DNA of 62,091 nucleotides from Octopus sinensis (taxonomy: Eukaryota): positions 1 to 62,091 of the forward strand of contig NW_021832137.1 in assembly GCF_006345805.1 (NCBI RefSeq). The letters run 5' to 3'. The translations under genes and the position numbers were made by a program. Of this stretch, positions 38,120 to 50,672 are shown piece after piece. The stretch's first letter is position 1. Every line of letters begins with the position of its first letter. Below the pieces are notes generated by a model, which was not told where the DNA came from, searched no databases, and saw only the letters and a list, made by a program, of their open reading frames with translations.

Positions 38120-38300
38120 GACAAACTGGGGGCCACACCAACCCCAATGCTTGACTGGTACGTTATTTTATTGACCCCCACCCCACCAAAGGAGCAAAAA
38201 GCAAAAGTGACTTTGGCAGGATTTGAACTCAAAACTTAAAGAGCCGGAGGAAATGTCACTGAGTATTTTGTCCAACATGCTAATGATTCTGCCAGCCCAG
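38120..38300 (-). mobile_element. Degenerate SINE-B
   Basis: GACTTTGGCAGGATTTGAACTCA...GATTCTGCCAGC. Confidence 0.55.
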
Positions 38301-38699
38301 GAAGGATGGTCATGGCTGGAATATCTTTGATCATAATACATATCTGCTCCCCCACCCTTTCGGAGATGATTTGGGGGCTAAACAACAAACAGCCTAACCC
38401 TTTCCCTTCTCTTTGCTTCACTCTGGCCCCTCCTCCCCCTATCACCCCAATCATTCCTAACACCCCCACCCCCACACTCCAACAAGACAAGACACCTGGG
38501 TAGAAGAATATGAGAACCAGTCTTATTCCTCGGCTGTTGTACGGTGCCCCAGCCACCCACCCCTCAACCGTGGCCACCACCACCACCACCGCCATCTCAA
38601 GAGCACATTACTAGCACTTAACATAGTCAAGGCTTCAATGTTGGTGAGGGTAGTGTTAATGGTATCAGAGAACTTTACCTACTTCCCCTCCTCCTCCCC

Positions 38700-38867
38700 A
38701 CTACTACTACTATACTACGACTACAGTTACTACTATACTACGACTACAGTTACTACTATACTACGACTACAGTTACTACTATACTACTACTAATACTAAT
38801 ACTAATACTACTGCCACTAGTGCTGCAGCTACTTCTACTACTACTACTGCTGCCGCTGCTAATGCTT

Positions 38868-38900
<33 letters not shown>

Positions 38901-38940
38901 ATGCTACTGATGATGATGATGATGATGATGATGATGCTTT
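38700..38940. repeat. (CTA)n tract with a 23-bp unit x3, then (GAT)n
   Basis: ACTACTATACTACGACTACAGTT repeated three times. Confidence 0.9.
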
Positions 38941-39426
38941 CATTCTTTTTTCCCTTTCACTAATTGTTGTTGTTGTTGTTGTTTAGTCTCTGGACAGGCT
39001 TCTTGTCAAAAGCATTCCAACGATGACCATCCTGTCTTTGATTTTTCGCTGGCATCGTATATCCGAGACTCCGTTATTCAATGTTTCCTTCCTTGAAATT
39101 CTTTCAATAAAGTGGAGCACAGTTCGAGTTGAATGCTTTGGTTGCTATTTATAGCAGATCAACCAACCGGAAAGTAGAGCACCCTCCTCCACAACCCCAC
39201 CTCCCTACAGCTTTCTCTTTTACTGCAACTGCGGCAGCGTTTAGGGCATCACTTTCACGGAATATTGCAGATTATAGTGACCCCTACCCCCTCTGCCTTC
39301 TTCCCCAACAATTTCCTGCTTATTTTTTCAACCCCTGGAAGGACAAAAGACAACATTGGACTTTGGTGGGATTTGAACACAGAATGTAAAGATACATGTC
39401 TAATTACAAGGTGGATTTTTTTATTC

Positions 39427-39590
39427 TTTCTAATCCCTAATTTCTAACCCAAAGAAAAAGGTTAGGTTTAGGGTAGGGTTAGGACTGGGTTTAGGATTTG
39501 GTTTAAGTGTAGCATTAGGATTAGGGTTTAGACTAGGGTTAAGGTTAAGACTAAGGTTAGGATTAGGGTGAGGATTAGGATTATGTAAAA
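39427..39590. repeat. Degenerate telomere-like (TTAGGG) tract
   Basis: TTAGGG/TTAGGA/GTTAGG variants preceded by a short CCCTAA-type stretch. Confidence 0.6.
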
Positions 39591-40002
39591 GTTGTGATGT
39601 ACACTACCATTTAATTGACCCTGTATTAAACCGGCAGCCAAATGGCAGGTTTGTTGGAGCATCAGATAGAAGGCCTTGTGCTGTTTGTTTCAGTTTTCTG
39701 TAAAATTCAAATCTCCCCTTTCTTCTTTGTGGGGTTGATAAATAAAGTACCCATCTAGGGGTACACTTAATTCACCTCTTGATTTATCACTACGAACCAC
39801 ATTTGATACCACTAGTAGAGTTTATTCTGTTGCAATCTGGCCAGGTTTTCTTTCATTTTGCTTAGTCAAAAGGAAGTGAGGGCTGTGCGCACAACTGCTA
39901 TTCAGGGTCTCCAAGAAAGCTAGGCAGGAAGGAAAAAAGGATTCTCAGGCCAGAGACTCCATTCAAATGCTCACAACACAGTGGACTCCAGTAAAATGTT
40001 AA

Positions 40003-40635
40003 CCCTCTAGCATTTAAACAGGCCACATTGGGACCAAACATTTGATCTGTTTTATGTTGAAACTGGCCAAGTCCAGCCTCTCACACCCTCCTACACTGTC
40101 ATTCTAAAAATAAAGAAAACATCATTGAAATTTTAAAATTATTAGATAATGAATTTTTGGATTTGGTTTTTGCAAGATTCTTTATATGAGTTCGTGTGTT
40201 GAAGCATATTCTGTTGTGTCTGGGGAGAGTCATTTTCTTTTTGTGCCTTATTATGTAACACACTCACCTATTTCTTTACTACCCACAAGGGGCCAAACAC
40301 AGAGGGGACAAGCAAGGGCAGACAAAGGGATTAAGTCAATTACATCGACCCCAGTGCGTAACTGGTTCTTAATTTATCGACCCCGAAAGGATGAAAGGCA
40401 AAGTCGACCTCGGCGTAATTTGAACTCAGAACGTAACGGCGGACGAAATACGACTACGCATTTCGCCCGGCGTGCTAACGTTTCTGCCAGCTCGCCACCT
40501 TATGTAACACACTCACCGGTGAGTATGTTACATAATAAGGCACAAAAATAAAATGACTCTCCCCAGACACAATAGATAATGAATGATTAATTTAAAACAA
40601 TATGAATAAATAAGCATTACATTTGACAAAGAGGC
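40003..40635. mobile_element. Nested insertions: piggyBac-type MITE > fold-back element > SINE-B
   Basis: TTAACCCTCTAGCATTTAAAC start; insert 40155-40572 bracketed by TAGATAATGAAT; SINE-B (minus) 40269-40499 with 18-bp TSD TTATGTAACACACTCACC. Confidence 0.78.
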
Positions 40636-40902
40636 AGCCGGGGGTGTTTGTCTCCCCTTTGTAAATGTATATAAGGACACAGGGAAAAATGTGTCAAAGC
40701 CATCAGGAGGCGTTCGATGCTTCCTAGGGCTATACAGCGGTGGTGTACCCCCTACTGTCATGTTCTTGTTAGATTGACAGTATACAACCATTCTATCGCC
40801 CCACCACCGTACATGTCTCTACGAGAGATTTAGAAATTCAATATTTCTTAATCTGAAACAGTTCTATATTTAAGGGATGAAGAATTATGTACATTATTTA
40901 CA

Positions 40903-41275
40903 AGTGGCTGTGTGGTAAGTAGCTTGCTTACCAACCACACGGTTCTGGGTTTAGTCCCAGTGCGTGGCATCTTCTACTATAGCCTTGGGCTGACCAAAGC
41001 CTTGTGAGTGGATTTGGTAGGCAGAAACTGAAAGAAGCCCGTTGTATATATGTATATATATATATTTTTGAATGTGTGTGTGTGTTTATGTTTGTGTGTC
41101 TGTGTTTGTCTCCCCAACATCGCTTGACAACCGATGCTGATGTGTTTACATCCCCGTAACTTAGCATTTCGGCAAAAGAGATGGATAGCATAAGTACTAG
41201 GCTTACAAACAATAAGTCCTGGGGTCGATTTGCTCAACTAAAGGCAGTGCTCCAGCATAGCCACAGTCAAATGAA
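40903..41275 (+). mobile_element. SINE family C
   Basis: Head, internal tract and most of the tail. Confidence 0.85.
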
Positions 41276-41295
41276 CCCAGGTTCGAAATTTCCTC

Positions 41296-41345
41296 AAGAC
41301 ACCTGATGAAGGCTGGAGGGTATATCAGCCGAAACATTGTGCTAA
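41296..41345 (+). ncRNA. Minimal type I hammerhead ribozyme motif (probably mutated), Penelope-like element remnant
   Basis: CTGATGA 41303-41309; stem II GGCTG 41311-41315 / CAGCC 41326-41330; GAAAC 41331-41335; stem I GACAC/GTGCT with one mismatch. Confidence 0.6.
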
Positions 41346-42049
41346 CAACAAACAAGATGAGGACAAATATCCATCAAATGTAAATAATGTAAATAATGTA
41401 TGTAATTTGAATGGCAGATGACAGAGTAAAACAACCAGTCAAATAGGCCCTGGCAGGATTTGAACTCAGGGTGTCCTTATGATTCTGCCATTCCACTGTT
41501 CTAGACTGGTACTTTATTTATCAACCCCCAAAGAAAGGAAAGCAAAATTGTCCTCAGACTACTAAGTGTCAAAGCAAATACCACAAGACATCCTTCCCAC
41601 CTGGTACCCTAATGGTTCTGCCACCTCATTGTTTTCTGCCACCTCATTGTTCTAGATTGATTCATTAATTACCAACCCATGAAGAATGGAAAGCAAAGTC
41701 GACCTTGGTGAGATTTGAACTCCAAACGCAAGAAGCTAGAATAAGTATTGAATGAATATCTATGGCAAGCCATATTTCTTGCCAGTGCTCTTACACTTCT
41801 GCCAGTTCGGCACTTATGTGTTGGCGGTGGTAGTGTAGTGTAGGGGGGGGGGGTTAATCCAGATGAGAACCATTTTAAATGCAAGATATATGATCTAAAA
41901 TGTATTTAACTTTCGGGACCCCCAGGAGGAAGCAGAGATAGGGGGTGGGAGCAATATAAACCCCAAGCTGTTTACTGCATCTTTAATATTTCATTTCTTT
42001 TTGAGCAATGATGATGGTGGTGGTGATAAAGTTGGTGTTGCTAATGTTG

Positions 42050-42081
<32 letters not shown>

Positions 42082-42399
42082 GGTGTTGGTGGTGATGATG
42101 ACAATGATGATTATAGTGATGGTGATGCTGTTTATTAATCCGCCTAGTTAAACACACTCCTGAGGCTCTGGTTTCATTTTCATCTTGGAAGTAGAAAAGG
42201 TGAAAAAGAAGAAGAAGAAGAAGAAAAAAAAGAAAGAAAAAAGCAAGCAAGAAATAAGACAAATGGGGAAAGAAAAAAAGGTTGAAGTTAATTTCTTTTG
42301 GGATCAATTTAGCTTACCAGAAATAAACGAATAAATTAACGAATAAATAAAAAGAAATAAAAAAGAAAGGGTTTATGAATGAAAATTGGACAAGTTTCC

Positions 42400-42910
42400 C
42401 TATCTGTCTGTCTGTCTGTCTTGTTTTCTTTCTCTCTCCCTCTCTTTCTCTCATTATTTTTCTTTCACAATCTTTCTTCCTCTTTCTCTCACTGTCTCTC
42501 TGTCTCTCTCTCTTTCTCATTCTGTCTTTCCCTTTCTTTCTCTCTCTCTCTTCCCTCTTTATCACTCTCTTTTTTACTCTCTTTCTCTCTGTCTCCTTTT
42601 CTTACTCTCTCTTTTTCTTTGTCTCACTCTTATCTCTCTCTCTCTTTCTCTTTCTCTCTCTATCTTTCTCTATCTTTCTCTCTCTCTCACTCTTTCTTCC
42701 TCTTTCTCTCACTGTCTCTCTCTGTCTCTGTCTCACTCTTTCTGTCTCTGTCTCCTTTTCTTACTCTCTCTTTTTCTTTGTCTCACTCTTATCTCTCTCT
42801 CTCTCTTTCTCTTTCTCCCTCTCTCTCTCTCACTCTCTCTCTGTCTCTGTCTCTCTCTCACTCTTTTTACCTCTTCCTTCTCCCCTTTCTCTTCCCCCCC
42901 TCTCCCTCTC
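42400..42910. repeat. (CT)-rich tract with internal block duplication
   Basis: TCTGTCTCCTTTTCTTACTCTCTCTTTTTCTTTGTCTCACTCTTATC occurs twice. Confidence 0.92.
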
Positions 42911-43361
42911 CTTTAAGGACCACTTCCTTAACAGTATTGTAAATCTCACCCAAAATGGGTGGGGTTCTAGGGAACAGGAGGAAACAACATTGTGACAAGG
43001 GGTGTTAAAGGATCAAATTTCAATGATTGTTGTCTTTTTAGTGTAAATGGTGAGGTGGGAGGAGAAAAGGGCATAGAAATATAAGGGGGCACTGACACAG
43101 AGATTAGGGGTTAGCTCATCATAAACCAGAGTGAATCTGAAACCCCTTTTCAATTTATGATAGCAATCATTTCATTTCCCCAAACATAACTTTTCTATGC
43201 ATGTGCGCGCGTGCGCGTACACACACACACACAACACACACCACACACACTCTCACACACACACATATACACACTCACACACAGATACACACACATCATC
43301 ATCATCATCATCGTCGTCAACCATCCATGTTCCATGTTGACATGGCCTGGAGGGGTTTTAT

Positions 43362-43679
43362 CTTTTACTTGTTTCAGTCATTAGACTGTGGCCATGCTGG
43401 GGCACCACCTTGAAGTATGAATTGACAACCCCCCCACCACCACCACCACCACCACCACCACCACCACCACCACCACCACCAGGACTTATGAATTGCCCCC
43501 CCCCCCAGGACTTATTTTTGGGTTTTTGCTTTTAAGCTTGGTACTTATTCTATCAGTCTGTCTTGCTGAACTGCTAAGTTACAGGGACATAAACAAAGCA
43601 ACACTGGTTGTCAAGCGGTGGTGGAGGACAAACACAGACATAAACATGCACAGACATAAACATGCACACACACACACAC

Positions 43680-43734
<55 letters not shown>

Positions 43735-43745
43735 TGTACATATAT
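43362..43745 (-). mobile_element. SINE family C, partial and diverged
   Basis: TTTTACTTGTTTCAGTCATTAGACTGTGGCCATGCTGG...GGACAAACACAGAC. Confidence 0.7.
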
Positions 43746-43904
43746 ACAACAAACATGAAGGTCCAACACTCAAAAGGAACTCAGCCACTTTGCCTCCGTT
43801 TATAAATTTACATTGCAATCTGTAACTAGTTTGGGAAGAGCTAACACATGAAATTCTCAGCCCTTGAGTCATTCTGTTGCTTCTGTTAAATATTAATCAT
43901 ATAT

Positions 43905-43936
<32 letters not shown>

Positions 43937-43939
43937 ATA

Positions 43940-44200
43940 CGTATGCTCATTGTAAAGTGGGTGACGTCTGGAAGGGCATCCAGCTTTAAAACCTTGCCAA
44001 AACTGACCTTGCCTGTGCTGGTGCCACACAGAAAGCACTCAATCCATTCTGCAGGGTGGTTGGTGTTAGGGAATGCATCCAGCCGTAAAAAAAAATCATG
44101 CCAAAACAGACACTGAATCCTGGTGCAGTCTCCTACCTTCCTAGCTCCCTTCAAAATGTCCAGCCCATGCCAGCATGGAAAGCAGATGTTAAATGATGGT
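43940..44200 (+). mobile_element. Family E short retroposon fragment
   Basis: GGAAGGGCATCCAGC (twice) ... CCCATGCCAGCATGGAAAGCAGATGTTAAATGATG tail; homologous to 56400-56715. Confidence 0.6.
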
Positions 44201-44324
44201 GGTGGTGGTGGTGGTGATGGTAGTGGTGGTGGTGGTTGTGGTGGTGGTGGTGGTGATATATACATGTGTATTGAGTTCTATTTTTCCTGTTTGCATCACC
44301 AAACCTACACACACACACCTTATA

Positions 44325-44472
<148 letters not shown>

Positions 44473-44754
44473 CATACATATATATACATACATACATACA
44501 TACATACTTATATATACATAATATATATATAAGTATGTATGTATACAAATGCATGCACGCACTCATACACACGCACACACCTGCACCTAGATATATGACC
44601 ATATAGAATTATCATTTTGATATGTTCCACATTGCTTCTGGTGTGGTTGAGATGAAATTCTTTATCAATCTTAGAAATTCCAAAATTCCAAACACAACAG
44701 ATGTTCCAAGATATGAATTCCTCAGAAGCATTACACACAGCCATCGTAAATGCA

Positions 44755-45033
44755 GGTGTAACTGTGTAGTTAAAAGGTTTGGTTCGTATCTACGTGGTTG
44801 CTGGTTCAATCCCACCGTGTAGTACCTTAGGAAAATATCTTTTATGTTAGATTCAGGTTGACCAGTGCTTTGTGAGTGGAATTTGATGGGCGGAAACTGT
44901 ATGGAAGCCTGTTGTACTCTGTGGTGTGTGTGTGTGTATGTGTGTGAGCATGCATATCTTTTATGTTAGATTCAGGTTGACCAGTGCTTTGTGAATGGAA
45001 TTTGATGGGCGGAAACTGTACGGAAGCCTGTTG

Positions 45034-45068
<35 letters not shown>

Positions 45069-45515
45069 TATGCATATCTTTTATGTTAGATTCAGGTTGA
45101 CCAGTGCTTTGTGAGTGGAATTTGATGGGCGGAAACTGTATGGAAGCCTGTTGTACTCTGTGGTGTGTGTGTGTGTATGTGTGTGAGCATGCATATCTTT
45201 TATGTTAGATTCAGGTTGACCAGTGCTTTGTGAGTGGAATTTGATGGGCGGAAACTGTATGGAAGCCTGTTGTACGTGTGTGTGTGTGTGTGTGTGTGGT
45301 GTGTGTGTGAGTATGCATATCTTTTATGTTAGATTCAGGTTGACCAGTGCTTTGTGAGTGGAATTTGATGGGCGGAAACTGTATGGAAGCCTGTTGTACT
45401 CTGTGGTGTGTGTGTGTGTATGTGTGTGAGCATGCATATCTTTTATGTTAGATTCAGGTTGACCAGTGCTTTGTGAGTGGAATTTGATGGGTGGAAACTG
45501 TATGGAAGCCTGTTG

Positions 45516-45552
<37 letters not shown>

Positions 45553-45665
45553 TGAGCATGCATATCTTTTACGTTAGATTCAGGTTGACCAGTGCTTTGT
45601 GAGTGGAATTTGATGGGCGGAAACTGTACGGAAGCCTGTTGTACTCTGTGTGTGTGTGAGTATGC
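44755..45665 (+). repeat. SINE-C-derived tandem array, 7 units of ~120 bp
   Basis: One degenerate head followed by units starting near 44837, 44956, 45076, 45195, 45319, 45438 and 45563. Confidence 0.9.
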
Positions 45666-46112
45666 ATGTGCGTGTATGCATGCATGGGTGTCTTGTGCTT
45701 ATGCATGTAGTATTACATTCTTTATTTTAAAAAAAGCAATAAAATCATAATTTTGTGATTCAATAAATAGGTCAAGGGAGACTATGTAGAAGCTCTCTCA
45801 ATGATGGAGTTTCTATGTCATTGCTCAACATGTCAGAAATAGCAGCCAATTCTCCTTCAAATTACACCCTGCATGTCTTAAAAAACAACCATTGGATTAT
45901 ATTGTCATTGTTACACAATACTTGGTAAAAAAAAAATTAAGTAGAGATGGTCATGGCTTGTATGCCTTTTGATTGTAGGTTCACTGGATCAGAGCTGACT
46001 TGGGGCTAAACAACAATGACCTGGTCTGCTGAGCTGCTTGAAATAGTAGCTGAATGTCTTTCAAATTATACTGCATTATCATTTAAATGTGAGGAAGACA
46101 ACTACATTACCC

Positions 46113-46521
46113 TTTACTCTTTTACTCTTTTACTTGTTTCAGTCATTTGACTGCGGCCAAGCTGGAGCACCACCTTTAATCGAGCAACTCGACCTCGGGA
46201 CTTATTCTTTGTAAGCCCTGTACTTATTCTATCGGGCTCTTTTGCCGAACTGCTAAGTGACGGTGACATAAACACACCAGCATCGGTTGTCAAGCGATGT
46301 TGGGGGGACAAACACAGACATACAAACATACACACACACACACATATATATATATATACATATATACGACGGGCTTCTTTCAGTTTCTGTCTACCAAATC
46401 CACTCACAAGGCTTTGGTCGGGCCGAGGCTATAGTTGAAGACACTTGCCCAAGGTGCCACGCAGTGGGACTGAACCCGGAACCATGTGGTTGGTTAGCAA
46501 GCTACTTACCACACAGCCATT
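46113..46521 (-). mobile_element. SINE family C
   Basis: Full layout with (CTTTTACT)n tail. Confidence 0.9.
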
Positions 46522-47744
46522 CCTTGTATAAAGTAGTTTAAAAAGATGCAAGTGTCATGACCAGATGCCTTTCACTCTAGGTCTGCTGGATCAAACCTGA
46601 CCAAGGATTAAAGAACAAGCAACCACCACTGACTTCAACCACCCCTTCTAACCCTACACTACGACCCCCAGCTGCTGACATGGAGGCTGGTCCCCTCATC
46701 TTTCTAATTGGTTCAATGGTTTTGTTAATTATTATAGCCAGGATGTGTTGGTGGGTTTCATGCTGGTTATAACAACAGTTACATCCAGCCGGAAGTGTTT
46801 GTGACTGTTGTTGTTGTTGTTGCTGTTGTTCTGTAGCCCCAGGTCAGTACTGATGGAGCTCACTATTCAAACGCCGCCCCATTTCCAATAAGCTCTGGGA
46901 CTACATTATCCAATATAACCTTCCCTTTTATTGTTAGGCATTTTTAGGTGCAGTTTGAGGGAGACCTGACTGCAGTGCCATCTTAGCAGCATTAAAGGCC
47001 CTTGGACAAATCCATGCATTGGACCCTATAATGTATATTTATTGACGGCAAGCCACAGCATACATAGATCAGAATTGGGTCCCTTGGCCCCTGAGACCCC
47101 TGGATAACTTTCCAATGTGCACATGTCTTAATCTCGCAGTGCCTGACTGCTATTTCTAACAAATAAAATAACCATGTATCAACTACCCTAATCAGGAAGT
47201 GGTTGCTGCTGCTGGTGCTCCCTTCTTAATTAAGAGTATGTACATGGAGAGGTGTGGGGTAGCTGTAACAACTGGGTGGAAGCTGGGTGGGTGGATAGGG
47301 TATTAGACTAACTGCCCTTTATTTCCTGAGTTTGAACCCACTACAGATGTTTTGCTGTATCCCTGGAAAAAAGATTTTTTTATTCTGCTGGGTCACATTT
47401 CTTTCAGTTGTTGTTGTCATGTAGATTGAGTAGACCTTATGATCAAAAACATTCCACCCATGACCATCTCACTACCCCCTGCCACCCACCACCATTACAA
47501 TGAACCCAGGACAGCATTATGCAATGTGACCTTCACTAAATGTTTTGGATGTGATTTGAGGGAGATTTGGCTGCCGTCTCTAGCAGGTCATGAGACCATA
47601 TTATGGTTCCTTCTTTGACTCTTGTCAACAGTAGAGGTGGGCATGGGAGTGTCAAGTACAGAAGTTTATCATGTCTGCACACACACAGACATTTTACATA
47701 AATCCTAACTACATCTCCCTCCTGCCTTATTCTTTAATTCTTGT

Positions 47745-47940
47745 TCTTTTATTTGTTTCAGTCATTTGACTGTGGTCATGCTGGAGCACTACTTTTAGGT
47801 CTTATTCTTTGTATACCTAACACTTATTGTATTGGTCACTTTTACTGAATCACTAAATTTCCGGGACATAAACACAACGACATCAGTTGTCAACCGATGG
47901 TGGGAGGACAAACACGGACACACAAATACACACACACACA

Positions 47941-47984
<44 letters not shown>

Positions 47985-48149
47985 GTGAGGCGCTTCTTTC
48001 AGTTTCTGTCTACCAAATCCACTCACAAGGCATTGGTTGGCCTGGGGCTATAGTAGAAGACACTTACCCAGAGTACCACATAGTAGGACTGAACCCGGAA
48101 CCATGTGGTTGGTAAACAAGCTTCTTACCACACAGCCACTCCTGCGCCT
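47745..48149 (-). mobile_element. SINE family C, moderately diverged
   Basis: Ends CACACAGCCACTCCTGCGCCT. Confidence 0.85.
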
Positions 48150-48300
48150 ATACATATATATATATATGTGTGGGTGGTGGTGTATATATGTATCTGTGCA
48201 TGTCTCTTTTTATATGTATATATGTCTACATATATATGTCTGTATATATATATGTATATATTTATATATGCTGATATGTATGTATGTATGTATGTATTGT

Positions 48301-48688
48301 GGAGGTGCAATGGCCCAGTGGTTAGGGCAGTGGACTCACGGTCATGGGATCATAGTTTCAATTCCAAGACGTGAATGTTTATTGAATGTTGTGAATGTTT
48401 ATTGAATGAAAACACCTAAAGTTCCATTAGGTTCTGGCAGCGGGGTGGTGGCGAACCCTGCTGTACTCCTTCATAACTTTCTCTCACTCTTTCTTCCTGT
48501 TTCTGTTGTACCTGTATTTCAAAGGGCCACACCTGTCACAGACTGTGTCACTGAATCTCCCCGAGAACTATGTTAAGGGTACACGTGTCTGTGGAGTGCT
48601 CAGCCACTTGTACGTTAATTTCATGAGCAGGCTGTTCCATTGATCGGATCATCTGGAACCCTCATTGTCGTAACGGATGGAGTACCAC
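48301..48688 (+). mobile_element. SINE family A, older copy
   Basis: Full body with many CpG-type transitions. Confidence 0.85.
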
Positions 48689-48729
48689 AAATCTACACAA
48701 ATCTATATACACACATCTATAATTCTTTT

Positions 48730-48925
48730 CTACTCTAGGCACAAGGCCCAAAATTTTGGGGGAGGGGGCCAGTTGATTACATCGACCTCAGTGTTCAACT
48801 GGTACTTATTTTATCAACCTTGAAAGGATGAAAGGCAAAGCTGACCCCAGCAGAATTTGAACTCAGAATGAGGCAGCAGACGAAATACCTCTAAGCATTT
48901 CGCTTAGGGTACTAACGATTCTGCC
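48730..48925 (-). mobile_element. SINE family B (short-tail subtype)
   Basis: CTCTAGGCACAAGGCCC...GGATGAAAGGCAAAG...ACGATTCTGCC. Confidence 0.75.
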
Positions 48926-49313
48926 TTTATAATAATAATAGTAATAATAATAAGGAGAAGGAGGAGGACAACGACAAAGAGGTATGATTCGAAGATTTGG
49001 CTGCTCTTTCTAGCAGATGGAGGGGGCAACGTATAAGCTATCAAGTTTGAATTGGTAGGTACCACTACCACCACCATCACTACCAGGTTATCTGAGAATG
49101 TTATATGTGATAGACTAGCATTTCCCACTTACCCAAGGCAAATATGTCCCTTCCATCTACTTCACCTCACGAAACCAGAAACCAAAATTAAGCAAGAGTT
49201 TTTTTGCTGTTTATCAAAAGTTTACCTGGATTTTTTCTCTCTCGTTTGGTTTAAGGGAGCAGGATGTCAAGCAATCATGGAAGCACATTCATATATACCC
49301 ATGTATACACATA

Positions 49314-49743
49314 TCTGTCTCTATATAAACGGCAGTTTGTCTGTCTGTGTGTCTGTGTGTCTGTCAGGTTGTACCCTCACCCTGACCACGGCTTTCAACC
49401 GATTCTGATGAAACTTGACACACACATAGCCCAATGTCATAATTCAAAACTAACGCAGCGAAAATTTTGAAAAGTTCCCTCAGTTCTGAAAAAAATCGAT
49501 AAATTCGACATGGGGTCGAGAATCTAAGCTTTTCATATGCAACACATTTTCTGTTGTAGTTTTCGCAACTTTCAATCGGGAGACAGCTAGGAACATCGTA
49601 TACATAGAAGTATTCGAGTGAAGAGAAGACATTGCAACCTACACATGCGCCTTCGTTCCCTAGAGGGAAATAACTAGATTGGGATTAGTCGTTGCCTACT
49701 AGGGGCTCTTACATACCCGGGCAACGCCGGGCTATGCTGCTAG
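49314..49743 (+). mobile_element. Non-autonomous Helitron, second subfamily
   Basis: A|TC...TATATAAACGGC ... CCCGGGCAACGCCGGGCTATGCTGCTAG|T. Confidence 0.82.
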
Positions 49744-49826
49744 TATTTATATAAATGTCTACATATAAATACATACGTATACAAGCATATATGTGTACAC
49801 ATCTGTATAAACATTTAAATACACCT

Positions 49827-50672
49827 CAGTGTTAGGTCCTCTGGCCTACAGTGTTAGATCCCCTGGCCTGCAGTGTTAGATCCCCTGGCCTGCAGTGTTA
49901 GATTCCCTGGCCTACAGTGTTAGATCCCCAGGCCTACAGTGTTAGATCCCCAGGCCTGCAGTGTTAGATCCCCAGGCCTGCAGTGTTAGATCCCCAGGCC
50001 TGCAGTGTTAGATCCCCTTGCCTACAGTGTTAGATCCCCAGGCCTGCAGTGTTAGATCCCCTGGCCTACAGTGTTAGATTCCCAGGCCTACAGTGTTAGA
50101 TTCCCTGGCCTGCAGTGTTAGATCTCCTGGCCTACAGTGTTAGATCCCCTGGCCTGCAGTGTTAGATCCCCTTGCTACAGTGTTAGATCCCCAGGCCTGC
50201 AGTGTTAGATTCCCGGCCTACAGTGTTAGATCCCCAGCCTGCAGTGTTAGATCCCCAGGCCTGCAGTGTTAGATCCCCAGGCCTGCAGTGTTAGATCCCC
50301 AGGGCTGCAGTGTTAGATCCCCAGGCCTGCAGTGTTAGATCCCCAGGCCTGCAGTGTTAGATCCCCTTGCCTACAGTGTTAGATCCCCAGGCCTGCAGTG
50401 TTAGATCCCCTGGCCTACAGTGTTAGATTCCCTGGCCTGCAGTGTTAGATCTCCTGGCCTACAGTGTTAGATTCCCTGGCCTGCAGTGTTAGATCCCCTT
50501 GCCTACAGTGTTAGATCCCCAGGCCTGCAGTGTTAGATTCCCTGGCCTGCAGTGTTAGATTCCCTGGCCTGCAGTGTTAAATTCCCTGGCCTGCAGTGTT
50601 AAATTTCCTGGCCTGCAGTGTTAGATCCCCAGGCCTGCAGTGTTAGATTCCCTGGCCTACAGTGATAGATCC
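49827..50672. repeat. 22-bp minisatellite, 38 full copies plus a partial
   Basis: Unit CAGTGTTAGATCCCC(A/T)GGCCT(G/A), counted copy by copy. Confidence 0.97.

Noticed and set aside
49827-50672. CRISPR array
   Set aside because: Units are head-to-tail with no unique spacers, there are no cas genes, and the context is eukaryotic. ACATTTAAA on both sides does not abut the array on the left, so it is not called a TSD.
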